From IMG/VR virus record IMGVR_UViG_3300044644_001556: 64,000 nt of DNA. One strand, 5' to 3'. The translations under genes and the position numbers were made by a program. The DNA is from a virus. Each line of letters opens with the position of its first letter. Positions within the stretch are counted from its first letter, which is position 1. This document shows positions 27,732 through 37,137 of this stretch, in pieces. The notes beneath the pieces were generated by a model. The model was not told the origin of the DNA, searched no databases, and worked only from the letters and a program-made list of their open reading frames with translations.

Positions 27732-27760
27732 ATTATACTATTATGTTGCGATAAAATCAA
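27732..27760 (-). promoter_or_regulatory. sigma70-like promoter heading the ncRNA island
   Basis: TTGATT-17-TATAAT. Confidence 0.65.
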
Positions 27761-27776
27761 ACCTTTTGTTCGAATT

Positions 27777-28106
27777 TTACCACCAATATCCACGCTTAGG
27801 TTTTTTTAAGATTTGAATTTCATAATCCGCATCTCTTATATATCGGTGTATTTGTTGCTTTACATCTCTACGGTAAGGTCGTTGAGCATATAAATTATGA
27901 AACCACCCAGGACCTCTATAAAGCCAAGCACCCCATTTTTTATCGGAACTAAATCTAGCTACTCTTTTTTTATATTCATCACTAGATTTGTCTAATTTTA
28001 CCCGAACCTCATTATATTTAAATTCAGATATTGGAACCCAAATATATGTTATATTATTATATTTTAACATAAATTGAGCTTTTTTAAATCTATAAGTACG
28101 ACTCAT
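27777..28106 (-). CDS. basic MSRTYR-type small protein
   Basis: Highly basic ORF with GGAG SD. Confidence 0.7.
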   Translation of the reverse strand: MSRTYRFKKAQFMLKYNNITYIWVPISEFKYNEVRVKLDKSSDEYKKRVARFSSDKKWGAWLYRGPGWFHNLYAQRPYRRDVKQQIHRYIRDADYEIQILKKPKRGYWW

Positions 28107-28171
28107 TTTTTTTCTCCGTTAGTTAAGTTAACTAATGAAAAAATACTTTTTTATTTTTCATATAATCTCCA

Positions 28172-28273
28172 AAAATAATAAGAAGTTCTATATGGATATA
28201 TCCATGACTAAGCAATTCATCTTTCTGGTAATAGTTATATTACTTACGCACATATAGAACTTCTTATTATTTT
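28172..28273. repeat. 23-bp perfect inverted repeat enclosing 56 nt
   Basis: aaaataataagaagttctatatg / catatagaacttcttattatttt. Confidence 0.75.
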
Positions 28274-28282
28274 AAATAGAAA

Positions 28283-28307
28283 GGCGCCGAATTTAATATT
28301 CGGCGCC
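28283..28307 (-). terminator. terminator hairpin after the FN3 gene
   Basis: ggcgccgaat-ttaat-attcggcgcc. Confidence 0.65.
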
Positions 28308-28361
28308 CAAACCACTGTTTTAAAAAATATTATATCAAATAACTTAATATAAAATCAATCA

Positions 28362-31199
28362 TTAGACACCAGGTGTTGTACTAGCACTAACTAAACTATC
28401 TAAACTAGTACCCACTGAGTTAGTAGCAGTTACTGTAAATGTATACGCAGTTCCGTTAGTTAATCCGGTTACTGTAATTGGCGATGCAATTCCAGTAGCT
28501 GTTATATTATCAGGATTTGATGTTACGGTATAACTAGTAATTGCACTACCACCATCGTTAGCTGGCGGAGTAAATTCTACCGTTACTTCAGCATCGCCAT
28601 TAATAGTAGTAATTATACTTGGAGCATCGGCGATAGTCACCGGAGTTACTCCACCACTTGGTAAACTTGCAGCACTAACACCAACTGAGTTAGTAGCGGT
28701 TACTGTAAATGTATACGCAGTTCCGTTAGTTAATCCGGTTACTGTAATTGGTGACGCAGTTCCAGTAGCTGTTATATTACCAGGATTTGATGTTATGGTA
28801 TAACCAGTAATTGCACTACCACCATTGTTAGTTGGTGGCGTAAATTCTACCGTAGCTTGGGCATTACCGACAACAATATTACCTACAGTTGGGGCGTCAG
28901 CGATAGTTGCTGGTGCTATCGGGGCGATACTAGAGCTAGCTGTGCTTGCAGCACTAACACCAACTGAGTTAGTAGCGGTTACTGTAAATGTATATGCAGT
29001 TCCGTTAGTTAATCCAGTTACCGTAATTGGCGATACAGTTCCAGTAGCTGTTATATTGCCGGGATTTGATGTTACTGTATAACCGGTAATTGTACTACCA
29101 CCATTGTTAGTTGGTGGAGTAAATTCAACTGTTACTTCGGTATTACCAGCAACTACATTACCAATGGTCGGTGCAGCAGCTACCGTAATTGGAACAATTG
29201 GAGTAATACTAGAGCTAGCGGCACTAGCAGTACTGATACCAATTGCGTTAGTCGCAGTTACTGTAAATGTATATGCTGTTCCGTTAGTTAAACCAGTTAC
29301 TATAATAGGAGACGAAGTTCCTACTGCTGTTATATTGCCGGGATTTGATGTTACCGTATAACTAGTAATTGCACTACCGCCATTGTTAGTTGGCGGTGTA
29401 AATTCTACGGTTACTTCGGCATTACCGACAGTCGCAGTTCCAATAGTTGGTGCACCAGCTACAGTAATTGGTATCACTGGGGTTATACTATTACTTGCTG
29501 CACTTGCAGCACTAACACCAACTGAGTTAGTAGCGGTTACTGTAAATGTATATGCAGTTCCGTTAGTTAATCCAGTTACGGTAATTGGTGATGCAGTTCC
29601 GGTAGCTGTTATGTTACCCGGATTTGATGTTACGGTATAACCAGTAATTGCACTGCCGCCATCATTAACTGGAGGTATAAATTCAACAGTAGCTTGAGTA
29701 TTACCGACAGTCGCAGTTCCAATAGTTGGTGCATCAGCTACAGTAATTGGTATCACTGGGGTTATACTATTACTTACTGCACTTGAGTTACTAGTACCAG
29801 CTAAATTAACAGCAGCAATTGTAAATGTATACGCCGTTCCTGTTGTTAAACCAGTCACCGTAATAGGTGAAGTTAAGCCAGAAGCTGTTATATTACCGGG
29901 ATTTGAAGTCGCTACGTAACTAGTAATTGTACTTCCGCCGTCATTAACTGGCGGATTAAATCCAACTGTTGCTGAGGTAGGAGTAGCCATAACCGCCGTT
30001 CCGATAATTGGTGCATCGGCGATAGTAATCGGCGTTACTGAATTACTTGGGATACTAGATGGACTAGATCCGGCTGCATTAACAGCAGAAACAGTAAATG
30101 TATAAACTGTTCCGTATGTTAACCCAGAAATCATAGTCGGCGATGAACTATCAGTTATCGTTATATTGCCTGGGTTTGATGTTACGATATAATTTGCTAT
30201 AGCACTGCCGCCTGTATTTGCGGGTACGGTATAAGTTATAGTTGCTGTGTTATTATTTAACGCCACGTTCGTTATCGATGGTGCAGTCGGTATAGTAATT
30301 GGCGTAATACTAGCACTAGCAGTACTTACTGAACTTACGCCGACTGAGTTAGTTGCGGTTATAGTAAACGTATATGGAGTCCCGTTAGTTAAACCAGAAA
30401 CCACTATAGGTGATGCAGTTCCAGTAGCCATTATATTTCCTGGATTTGAGGTTACCGTATATTGAGTTATTACGGCTCCGCCATTATCCATTGGGGGTGT
30501 AAATTCTATGGATGCTTGAGCATTACCTCCGGTGACTGTATTAATACTTGGTGCGCCCGGTATAGTATTTGGTCGGAATGGAGTTATACTATTGCTCGGT
30601 AAACTAGCTGGGCTGTTGCCGCCAGCATTGATAGCAGAAACAGTAAAAGTATACGGTATTCCGTTAGTTAAACCAGTTATTACAATAGGAGACTCAGTAC
30701 CTGTTGCCGTTATATTACCAGGTATTGATTTTACTAAAAATCCAGTAATTGGATTTCCTCCGTCGTAATATGGTTCCGCGAACGAAACTGTAGCTCTCGC
30801 ATCGCCAACGACCGCTACGACTGAAGTTGGAGCATCAGATACGGCCGGTAATTTTATACCGATTGCGTATTCTACGGTAATTGGATCAGTCGAATCAGTT
30901 GATATACTAATAGTTGTTTCGGCACCGTCGTAAGCGAATAATTTAGTAGTAACAGGTATCGATTGACTAGTCGTTACGTCAATCAAATCACTACTTAGTA
31001 TAACGCCGGCTCCGAGATTACCTAATACCATAGGACTATCAACATTAGTTAAATCTACAGAACCGATGGTATAACTACCGAACGGTAACTGCATATTACT
31101 AGCGATAATTCTATTCGTAGTTATACGACCATAGGCATTCTCGGTTTTAAGATCTGAGTTAAAATCAACTGCCAACGTAGTTGGGTTTCTTATCGCCAT
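28362..31199 (-). CDS. protein with nine tandem fibronectin type III domains (likely virion surface/adhesion)
   Basis: Nine ~93-aa repeats P..P.I......A.V.F.PP..GG..IT.Y...GLTNGT.YTFTV.A.N..G; CATAAATA at 31226-31233. Confidence 0.88.
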   Translation of the reverse strand: MAIRNPTTLAVDFNSDLKTENAYGRITTNRIIASNMQLPFGSYTIGSVDLTNVDSPMVLGNLGAGVILSSDLIDVTTSQSIPVTTKLFAYDGAETTISISTDSTDPITVEYAIGIKLPAVSDAPTSVVAVVGDARATVSFAEPYYDGGNPITGFLVKSIPGNITATGTESPIVITGLTNGIPYTFTVSAINAGGNSPASLPSNSITPFRPNTIPGAPSINTVTGGNAQASIEFTPPMDNGGAVITQYTVTSNPGNIMATGTASPIVVSGLTNGTPYTFTITATNSVGVSSVSTASASITPITIPTAPSITNVALNNNTATITYTVPANTGGSAIANYIVTSNPGNITITDSSSPTMISGLTYGTVYTFTVSAVNAAGSSPSSIPSNSVTPITIADAPIIGTAVMATPTSATVGFNPPVNDGGSTITSYVATSNPGNITASGLTSPITVTGLTTGTAYTFTIAAVNLAGTSNSSAVSNSITPVIPITVADAPTIGTATVGNTQATVEFIPPVNDGGSAITGYTVTSNPGNITATGTASPITVTGLTNGTAYTFTVTATNSVGVSAASAASNSITPVIPITVAGAPTIGTATVGNAEVTVEFTPPTNNGGSAITSYTVTSNPGNITAVGTSSPIIVTGLTNGTAYTFTVTATNAIGISTASAASSSITPIVPITVAAAPTIGNVVAGNTEVTVEFTPPTNNGGSTITGYTVTSNPGNITATGTVSPITVTGLTNGTAYTFTVTATNSVGVSAASTASSSIAPIAPATIADAPTVGNIVVGNAQATVEFTPPTNNGGSAITGYTITSNPGNITATGTASPITVTGLTNGTAYTFTVTATNSVGVSAASLPSGGVTPVTIADAPSIITTINGDAEVTVEFTPPANDGGSAITSYTVTSNPDNITATGIASPITVTGLTNGTAYTFTVTATNSVGTSLDSLVSASTTPGV

Positions 31200-31252
31200 T
31201 ATAAATCTCCTCGATTAAATAACGATATTTATGTGTTAATTTTAAATAATGC

Positions 31253-31315
31253 GCCGGGTATAGGATTCAAACCTATAACTCTAATTAGTATTTTATCAAC
31301 TTAAACTAACCCGGG
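31253..31315 (-). pseudogene. tRNA remnant lacking a normal anticodon arm
   Basis: CCGGGT/ACCCGG acceptor, ATAGG-TTTGAAT-CCTAT T arm, no CCA. Confidence 0.5.
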
Positions 31316-31546
31316 TAATTTGATAAGTATTACTTCGATTTACTTTTTAAAACTCGCGATTTTGCTAATTGATCATCGATAATTTGCTGAGCTTTAGCAT
31401 CAACTTTCGATTTCGTATCATCTGTTTTTTTCTCGGCGCCTTTAACATCAGCTTTTAGTATTGCTGATTTATATACATCTTTAAAACTCATAACATCTCC
31501 CTAATTTAAATATAGTATATAGTAGCAATTTAAAAAAGTGTCACAA

Positions 31547-31891
31547 TTATTGAACTGGCGTTTGTGATACTGGTTCATTTGAGTTTTGAACTTCTGCCTC
31601 ATCTATTGATTTTTCGATTTTAGTTACTTCTTGTTCAGCATTTGATATTGCTTTTTCAACAGTAACCGATTCTTCCTCGTCTATTTCATTAGAATATACT
31701 TTAATGCATTGTTCTGCTTCGTCGAATGAAACTGCGGACGATAAACATTGTCTAAATTTTAATTCGTTTGGTGTTGGTGGTTCAGATTCGATTAGATTAA
31801 ACTTTAATGCGACACCGTAACCTACGAATAATACGAATATCGCCAATCCCGTAATAAAGGAATATTTTATTAATTTTATCAAACTGTTCAT
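31547..31891 (-). CDS. membrane-anchored protein
   Basis: N-terminal TM segment, AGGAG SD. Confidence 0.65.
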   Translation of the reverse strand: MNSLIKLIKYSFITGLAIFVLFVGYGVALKFNLIESEPPTPNELKFRQCLSSAVSFDEAEQCIKVYSNEIDEEESVTVEKAISNAEQEVTKIEKSIDEAEVQNSNEPVSQTPVQ

Positions 31892-31915
31892 TTTAACTCC
31901 TAATTAAAAATAATA

Positions 31916-32257
31916 TTAAAGAAATTTACTTAATGTGTAATTTATAGTCCATCTAATATATGGGCCGCTAGGATCGTGTTTATTTAAAAACTTACGTTCT
32001 ACTTTATGCCATTTATTTCGAACTGGTAATGGTGCATGGCTTCCCATATAATGTAGATATCTAAAGATGTCACATTGAGTTCTTTTGTTTATCGTATTAG
32101 CATCAGCCATATACCGTTTAGTATTATCGAACCAATTATATTTGGCGTACGATCTAATTGATCCATTTTTAACTCTGTTTATAGGTCTAAATAATATCAT
32201 AAAATTAATCCATTTAAAATAAATTATTACGTGTGCGGTCAAAAACTTTATATTCAA
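31916..32257 (-). CDS. hypothetical protein
   Basis: ORF; start uncertain. Confidence 0.5.
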   Translation of the reverse strand: MNIKFLTAHVIIYFKWINFMILFRPINRVKNGSIRSYAKYNWFDNTKRYMADANTINKRTQCDIFRYLHYMGSHAPLPVRNKWHKVERKFLNKHDPSGPYIRWTINYTLSKFL

Positions 32258-32411
32258 TCGAATATCGTTCCATTAATGGTTCGATATAGGTTATAGCGTC
32301 ATTTAAATCATTAAATATTTTATTATCTAATTCGTTAATATATTCATCCATCATTATTAATATACTATCATCATTTGGAAAAATAATATTATAACTAATT
32401 CTTCTAACCAT
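32214..32411 (-). CDS. hypothetical protein
   Basis: ORF in operon. Confidence 0.5.
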   Translation of the reverse strand: MVRRISYNIIFPNDDSILIMMDEYINELDNKIFNDLNDAITYIEPLMERYSIEYKVFDRTRNNLF

Positions 32412-32413
32412 AA

Positions 32414-32746
32414 CTACATCTCCGCTTCTCGAACCGGAATTACTACATTGTTAGTAAATGTTTTTTTACAAAAAGGTGGATGACTACGTTTAACTAATCG
32501 ACGAGATGTATATATAAAATCATTAATATTTTCGCCTAATGATAATATTAAATTACAATTCGTATTTGGATTAAGTTCAGAACTAGTCCAATAATACTCA
32601 TTCGTCGGTTTTAAAATATTTAACATTTCATCGAAAGTCGGTAAACGCCAACCAATTTTATTATCGATATTTAAGAATCGACAGTACAAAACCGAATCAT
32701 ACCAATTTAATCGTTTATAATATTGCGGTAATGCAACTTCAATCAT
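32414..32746 (-). CDS. DUF1566-like protein
   Basis: NWYD..LYC.FL...GWRLPT...YWTSS...PVRE. Confidence 0.78.
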   Translation of the reverse strand: MIEVALPQYYKRLNWYDSVLYCRFLNIDNKIGWRLPTFDEMLNILKPTNEYYWTSSELNPNTNCNLILSLGENINDFIYTSRRLVKRSHPPFCKKTFTNNVVIPVREAEM

Positions 32747-33177
32747 ATAAAAAAATAAGATAGATCTTGAATATCAATTGCTTTCCATTTACCGTTCAAA
32801 AACAAATAATGATAGTTTTTAGGATTATCTAAAATTGATGCAATATAAGAACCGACAGATTCATATAAATCATATAAAACTATATCGCCCCGATCTCTAC
32901 TATATAATACCGTTACATCATCGGCTGGAGTTTCAAACGAATGTTTACTATGCGAATCAAACTTATGTTTATTCCTTGACGTAACTTCAATAGGATTATA
33001 ATACATCCCTAATGAATATATAGCTCCACCACTAACTAAAGTTTCGGCATCTTCTTGTTCGCTATAAAATTGATTTAGTAATTTGCCGGCGTGTTTAATA
33101 TCACCATCTAATTGTAAATGAACTACTTTAATTGTGCAGTCGGATAATTGGACTGCTAATGATGCATTCGTTCCCAT
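32743..33177 (-). CDS. hypothetical protein, paralog of 62335..62715
   Basis: MGT.A..AV...DG...SLG...HSF..P....Y.RDRG. Confidence 0.7.
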   Translation of the reverse strand: MGTNASLAVQLSDCTIKVVHLQLDGDIKHAGKLLNQFYSEQEDAETLVSGGAIYSLGMYYNPIEVTSRNKHKFDSHSKHSFETPADDVTVLYSRDRGDIVLYDLYESVGSYIASILDNPKNYHYLFLNGKWKAIDIQDLSYFFI

Positions 33178-33202
33178 TTAAAGCTCCTACCCGTAAAAAT
33201 AT

Positions 33203-33231
33203 ATTATATCATACTATAATACTTTAGTCAA
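33203..33231 (-). promoter_or_regulatory. sigma70-like early promoter
   Basis: TTGACT-17-TATAAT. Confidence 0.7.
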
Positions 33232-33272
33232 TCATAAATAAAACGATTATATTTTAATTAATCGGATTAGTT

Positions 33273-33533
33273 ATGAGAAAAAATGAAAATGTCGGTCATA
33301 AATGGCGAGAAGCATTAGCTTGGTCTTATGTTGTAATTTGTTTATATGATTTTATGATAGGTCCGATCATTTATAATGTTTTGCAATTTTATAATCCGGA
33401 TCAACAAATTGGGATGTGGCAAGCAATTACGTTACAGGGTGGGGGTTTGTATCACTTATCGATGGGTGCGGTAATCGGTATTAGCGCTCACGGAAGAACT
33501 CAAGAAAAATTAGCGGATAAAGAAAATACTTAA
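33273..33533 (+). CDS. putative holin (GTA_holin_3TM-like)
   Basis: WR..LAW.Y..IC.YDF..P...W..ITLQGGGL.H..MGA.IG..A..RTQEK; CATAAATA at 33233-33240. Confidence 0.65.
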   Translation: MRKNENVGHKWREALAWSYVVICLYDFMIGPIIYNVLQFYNPDQQIGMWQAITLQGGGLYHLSMGAVIGISAHGRTQEKLADKENT

Positions 33534-33905
33534 TTAGACCTCTTCGGGTAATTCACTATCTAAAATATAGTCGATAAATTCACTAAGTTCGCCTGCGTTG
33601 TAATTAGGGTATTCGTTTCGTATTTCATCTTCCGATCCAGTAATGGGTTTATCATTATAAGAAACGATTACTGTACCATCACTGAGTAATAATAATTGAA
33701 TTGTTGATATTTTACCTAATTCGGAATTATATGCAATAACCTTAGTATCTGATTTCCAATTAACTTGATCGTAATCATATTGTTTTAACTTTGGATTAAC
33801 AACTTCATAAAATTTACGTTTTTGTTTTTCGTAAAATTGATTTATACCTTTTATTCCACCGAATAATAAATCTGGAGTTTTATAATATTTGTATAAATTT
33901 AACAT
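33534..33905 (-). CDS. protein with MLNLY.YY..P tag, late-promoter gene
   Basis: N-terminal motif; TATAAATA at 33930-33937. Confidence 0.68.
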   Translation of the reverse strand: MLNLYKYYKTPDLLFGGIKGINQFYEKQKRKFYEVVNPKLKQYDYDQVNWKSDTKVIAYNSELGKISTIQLLLLSDGTVIVSYNDKPITGSEDEIRNEYPNYNAGELSEFIDYILDSELPEEV

Positions 33906-33970
33906 TGATATTTACCGGATCAAATAACATATTTATATATTATTCGATCCGATAATCACATATCATAATA

Positions 33971-34219
33971 TTAAAATGATATAATTAACGAAGTAATTGT
34001 TTCTTCATTTTCTTTAGTGTCGACTAATTTAACATTGGCATTAAAGCCGCTTAAATCGGCTGTAAGCTGGTTAATACTATCTTCATCAAATGATATTGAT
34101 AGATTATAAAACTTTAATCTACGGCCGGTTTTGCGCTTATCATTAACCATTTTCTGGTATGATCTACCGATAGCGGCCTCAACGATAGATCTTACATGAG
34201 TAGTTGGGTTTGCTTCCAT
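33971..34219 (-). CDS. small protein, GRRLKF paralog family
   Basis: TTHVRSIVE..IGR...NDKRKTGRRLKF. Confidence 0.68.
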   Translation of the reverse strand: MEANPTTHVRSIVEAAIGRSYQKMVNDKRKTGRRLKFYNLSISFDEDSINQLTADLSGFNANVKLVDTKENEETITSLIISF

Positions 34220-34258
34220 TTTAATTTTCCTTAAATGTCTTATTAATTCAATTAATTG

Positions 34259-34597
34259 TTAGGATTCTGGATTACTTAGTTGCTTCAATTGTTCGTGGGT
34301 TTTATACCCGAAATAAAATATATTATTTTCTGCGACACAGAACGAATAACCATCACGTTCAATAAGCAATAGATAATCAATACTACCTTCAGGATTCGAT
34401 AACCAACCACTTTCTGAAATTTCATTGACTAATTCAGTTAACTCAACAGCATCTTGAATATCTTCGAAAAAAGCATCTTGATCTTCATTATCTTTATCTT
34501 TTAATTCCGTGGCGAATTTAATAACCGATAATGGAACCGCAAATTGTTCGTAATGCGTTTTACCCTGATTTTTTTTAATAGCTAAAACATTTAACAT
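34259..34597 (-). CDS. hypothetical protein
   Basis: ORF with GGAG SD. Confidence 0.65.
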   Translation of the reverse strand: MLNVLAIKKNQGKTHYEQFAVPLSVIKFATELKDKDNEDQDAFFEDIQDAVELTELVNEISESGWLSNPEGSIDYLLLIERDGYSFCVAENNIFYFGYKTHEQLKQLSNPES

Positions 34598-34607
34598 ATA
34601 TTCTCTC

Positions 34608-34823
34608 CTATTCTGCGATGGTTAAATTAAACAATTGAACATTCCAAACAACGCCACCGGCGGCTTCAACTTTAGCATACTTAGCAAATAATTCTACTAT
34701 TTTACCGGTCATTACTCGATCGTCAGGAACCCAAGTTACATTCATTCCAACTTTATATGGGTTACTAACTTGTTGTTGGTATGGGTTAATGTGATGTGCG
34801 TACGAAACTGGTCCAACTCTCAT
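34608..34823 (-). CDS. small SH3/KOW-like protein
   Basis: KVGM.V.W......GKIV pattern. Confidence 0.55.
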   Translation of the reverse strand: MRVGPVSYAHHINPYQQQVSNPYKVGMNVTWVPDDRVMTGKIVELFAKYAKVEAAGGVVWNVQLFNLTIAE

Positions 34824-34871
34824 ATATTTCTCCTATATTATATCTAATTTAGACTACAATGTCTACCTATT

Positions 34872-35057
34872 TTACAAATTAATTAATCCAGTTACTAAAA
34901 AAATAAGAAATAATATTCCTATTATTGCAGCAATACTAATTCTATGAATAAATGTTTCTTGACTTAATCGAAACTTCGAAAAATTATGCAATTGTTTTTG
35001 ACGTCTATTAATCCGTCTGTGTTTTATATGACGTTTTATTTTATTCAATCTACTCAT
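34872..35057 (-). CDS. small basic membrane peptide
   Basis: Basic N-terminus plus C-terminal TM; AAGGA SD. Confidence 0.55.
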   Translation of the reverse strand: MSRLNKIKRHIKHRRINRRQKQLHNFSKFRLSQETFIHRISIAAIIGILFLIFLVTGLINL

Positions 35058-35093
35058 ATTATTTCCTTTTTAAAATCGGACTCTAAAAAAACA

Positions 35094-35241
35094 AACCGAT
35101 GTATTACTATTAGTATCCCAAATCGGTTACCAGATACGTTATATAGAAGTGTGACTATCTATACCTTGAAATGCAAAAATAAAAGTGATAGATAAACGCA
35201 AGTTCACTTTTATCATAATAAAATATCGATAGTAATCGCAA
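35094..35241 (-). ncRNA. pseudoknotted 5'-UTR RNA, copy 1
   Basis: ATTACTAT/ATAGTAAT, GTATC/GATAC, loop AACCGAT pairs with 3' ATCGGTT; homolog at 39472-39637. Confidence 0.65.
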
Positions 35242-35255
35242 TAATTTTATTATGT

Positions 35256-35861
35256 TTATCTAATTCTAGGAATCAATATATGATTTCTAATGACATCACA
35301 TACGATAGGCTTATAGTTACCATTGGTATCTAATGATGCCATTCCATTATTACTTAACCAATTACTTAGTTGATTAGCATTTTCAAACGATATTTGTTCG
35401 TATGTATTACCTGATTTGCCGTATACGAACCCGTTACCCACACCGGGATATACGGTAACGACTTTATCATGATCGACATTAAAATTTAATCGGATCAGAC
35501 TATTTGGTCGTTCCATCGACGTATCAATGTAATCGATTATTTCAGCCTCAATAATTTTATTGCTGCTACCGGATCGAATAAATCTAACCATTATTAAATT
35601 TGGGCCAGTATACTTAGATCCTCCGGGGATATAACCTATCATTATCGGTTTACCGATAGATTCAGAATCAAATAATGTATTAGAAGCATATACTTGAACT
35701 GCATCAGGATCATGTCGATTAGTCGGTTCGTGTTTTAACCAACCAATATCGCCAGTACGAATATTACTATATACTGCATTTGCTTCTACATCTCGATAAT
35801 AATTACCGACTACTCGATATTTAGTTCCAACCCACTGATTAACTAATGCCTCGCGGACCAT
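35256..35861 (-). CDS. HIRAN-domain protein (probably C-terminal part of a -1 frameshift fusion starting in 36008..36652)
   Basis: VVG..Y, L.HEP.N.HDPDAV.V, IGYIP; frame stays open without a start codon up to 36011. Confidence 0.7.
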   Translation of the reverse strand: MVREALVNQWVGTKYRVVGNYYRDVEANAVYSNIRTGDIGWLKHEPTNRHDPDAVQVYASNTLFDSESIGKPIMIGYIPGGSKYTGPNLIMVRFIRSGSSNKIIEAEIIDYIDTSMERPNSLIRLNFNVDHDKVVTVYPGVGNGFVYGKSGNTYEQISFENANQLSNWLSNNGMASLDTNGNYKPIVCDVIRNHILIPRIR

Positions 35862-36007
35862 ATCTATAGTTTGGAAACCGTAATACTTAATACCATCTGG
35901 ATCTGATGGTGCGTCTTTATACGGATCTGATTGAGATATACCATTATCTTCTATTTCACGACAAATAGATTTACTATATGGCGATATCGTTTCAATCGGA
36001 TCCGATT

Positions 36008-36652
36008 TTACTTTTTTCCGAAGCCGCCATTCATCATCATCATTAATGGCAACATCTGAGCCATAGGATTAGCCGTACCCCCACCCATAGTTTGACTCAT
36101 TAATAACATAGGAATCATTTTATCCGCAGTATCAGAATCATCTAACATACCCATCATCATCATTGGCATTAAACTTTGTTGGAAATTATTTACACCATCT
36201 GAAGGCATCATATTAAATAAGCTACGCAAAATCATCACACCACTTTCAATACCAAGCATTGAAACTTTAGGTGGAGTCCAATCACTACGCGTTCCATCTT
36301 GTTTTAATAATTTAAAGCTTTTTTCTCGAATCTGAACGACCCAACCTAATGCTTTACCAGTTGAACTAGAATAAACTAAATCGCCTAATGAAATAGAATT
36401 AACTGGAATGCTTTGAGCGAATGCTGGAATACTCATACCCATCTGATCAAACATATTAACACATACTTGGGGTTCTAACGCTTCTTTTTTATCGTCAGTT
36501 AATTCGCCAAGTTCTAAACTTAGAATACCTTCTGATGTATTAAAGCCGATATTACCAGTACCTAAATCCCAAACCATATTATCTACTTTTTTAAATAATC
36601 GATCTACGAATTTTGAATTAAATTGATTTGAAAAATTATTTACATTATTCAT
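36008..36652 (-). CDS. protein with Met-rich C-terminus ending at an A_AAA_AAG slippery site
   Basis: PMMMMGM...PMLLM...PLMMMMNGGFGKK*; GGA AAA AAG TAA. Confidence 0.75.
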   Translation of the reverse strand: MNNVNNFSNQFNSKFVDRLFKKVDNMVWDLGTGNIGFNTSEGILSLELGELTDDKKEALEPQVCVNMFDQMGMSIPAFAQSIPVNSISLGDLVYSSSTGKALGWVVQIREKSFKLLKQDGTRSDWTPPKVSMLGIESGVMILRSLFNMMPSDGVNNFQQSLMPMMMMGMLDDSDTADKMIPMLLMSQTMGGGTANPMAQMLPLMMMMNGGFGKK

Positions 36653-36718
36653 ATTATTACCTTTTAATAAGTGTTATTTGTTACTACCTAAATATTATAT
36701 CATACTTTAATACTTAGA

Positions 36719-37126
36719 TCAACTAAAATCTTTATCTGATGGGTTGACTTCGAATCCGTAACTGTCGATATCGAATCCAGATTGTCGATATGAATCGGCG
36801 ATTATCTTTTGCGGCATTAAATTTCGTTGTTTACAACACCAAATATCAACACCTTCATTTAAATAATGTTGATATAGATTGATTATTTGATGATATTGAA
36901 GTTGGATTGCGTCCGCACTACCCCAAAAGAATAAATCATTGCAATTTACATATATCCCGATTGCATTGCGGGCGTATTTTGATAATTTTTTATCTTCTAC
37001 TTCATCATCGAAGGTTAATGTGTTTATGAAAACTATTCCTTTAGCCAATAAAAATGCTAAAATATCAGTAGTATCATCTTCATCTATTTCTGACGGATCG
37101 ATAGTAACTAAATCTAATTTACTCAT
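36719..37126 (-). CDS. hypothetical protein
   Basis: VNCND.F.WG.AD motif. Confidence 0.65.
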   Translation of the reverse strand: MSKLDLVTIDPSEIDEDDTTDILAFLLAKGIVFINTLTFDDEVEDKKLSKYARNAIGIYVNCNDLFFWGSADAIQLQYHQIINLYQHYLNEGVDIWCCKQRNLMPQKIIADSYRQSGFDIDSYGFEVNPSDKDFS

Positions 37127-37137
37127 TATTGCTCACC

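Noticed and set aside
28825-30768. Five plus-strand ORFs (MLVGGVNST... and similar)
   Set aside because: Antisense shadows of the FN3 repeats, with no SD or promoter
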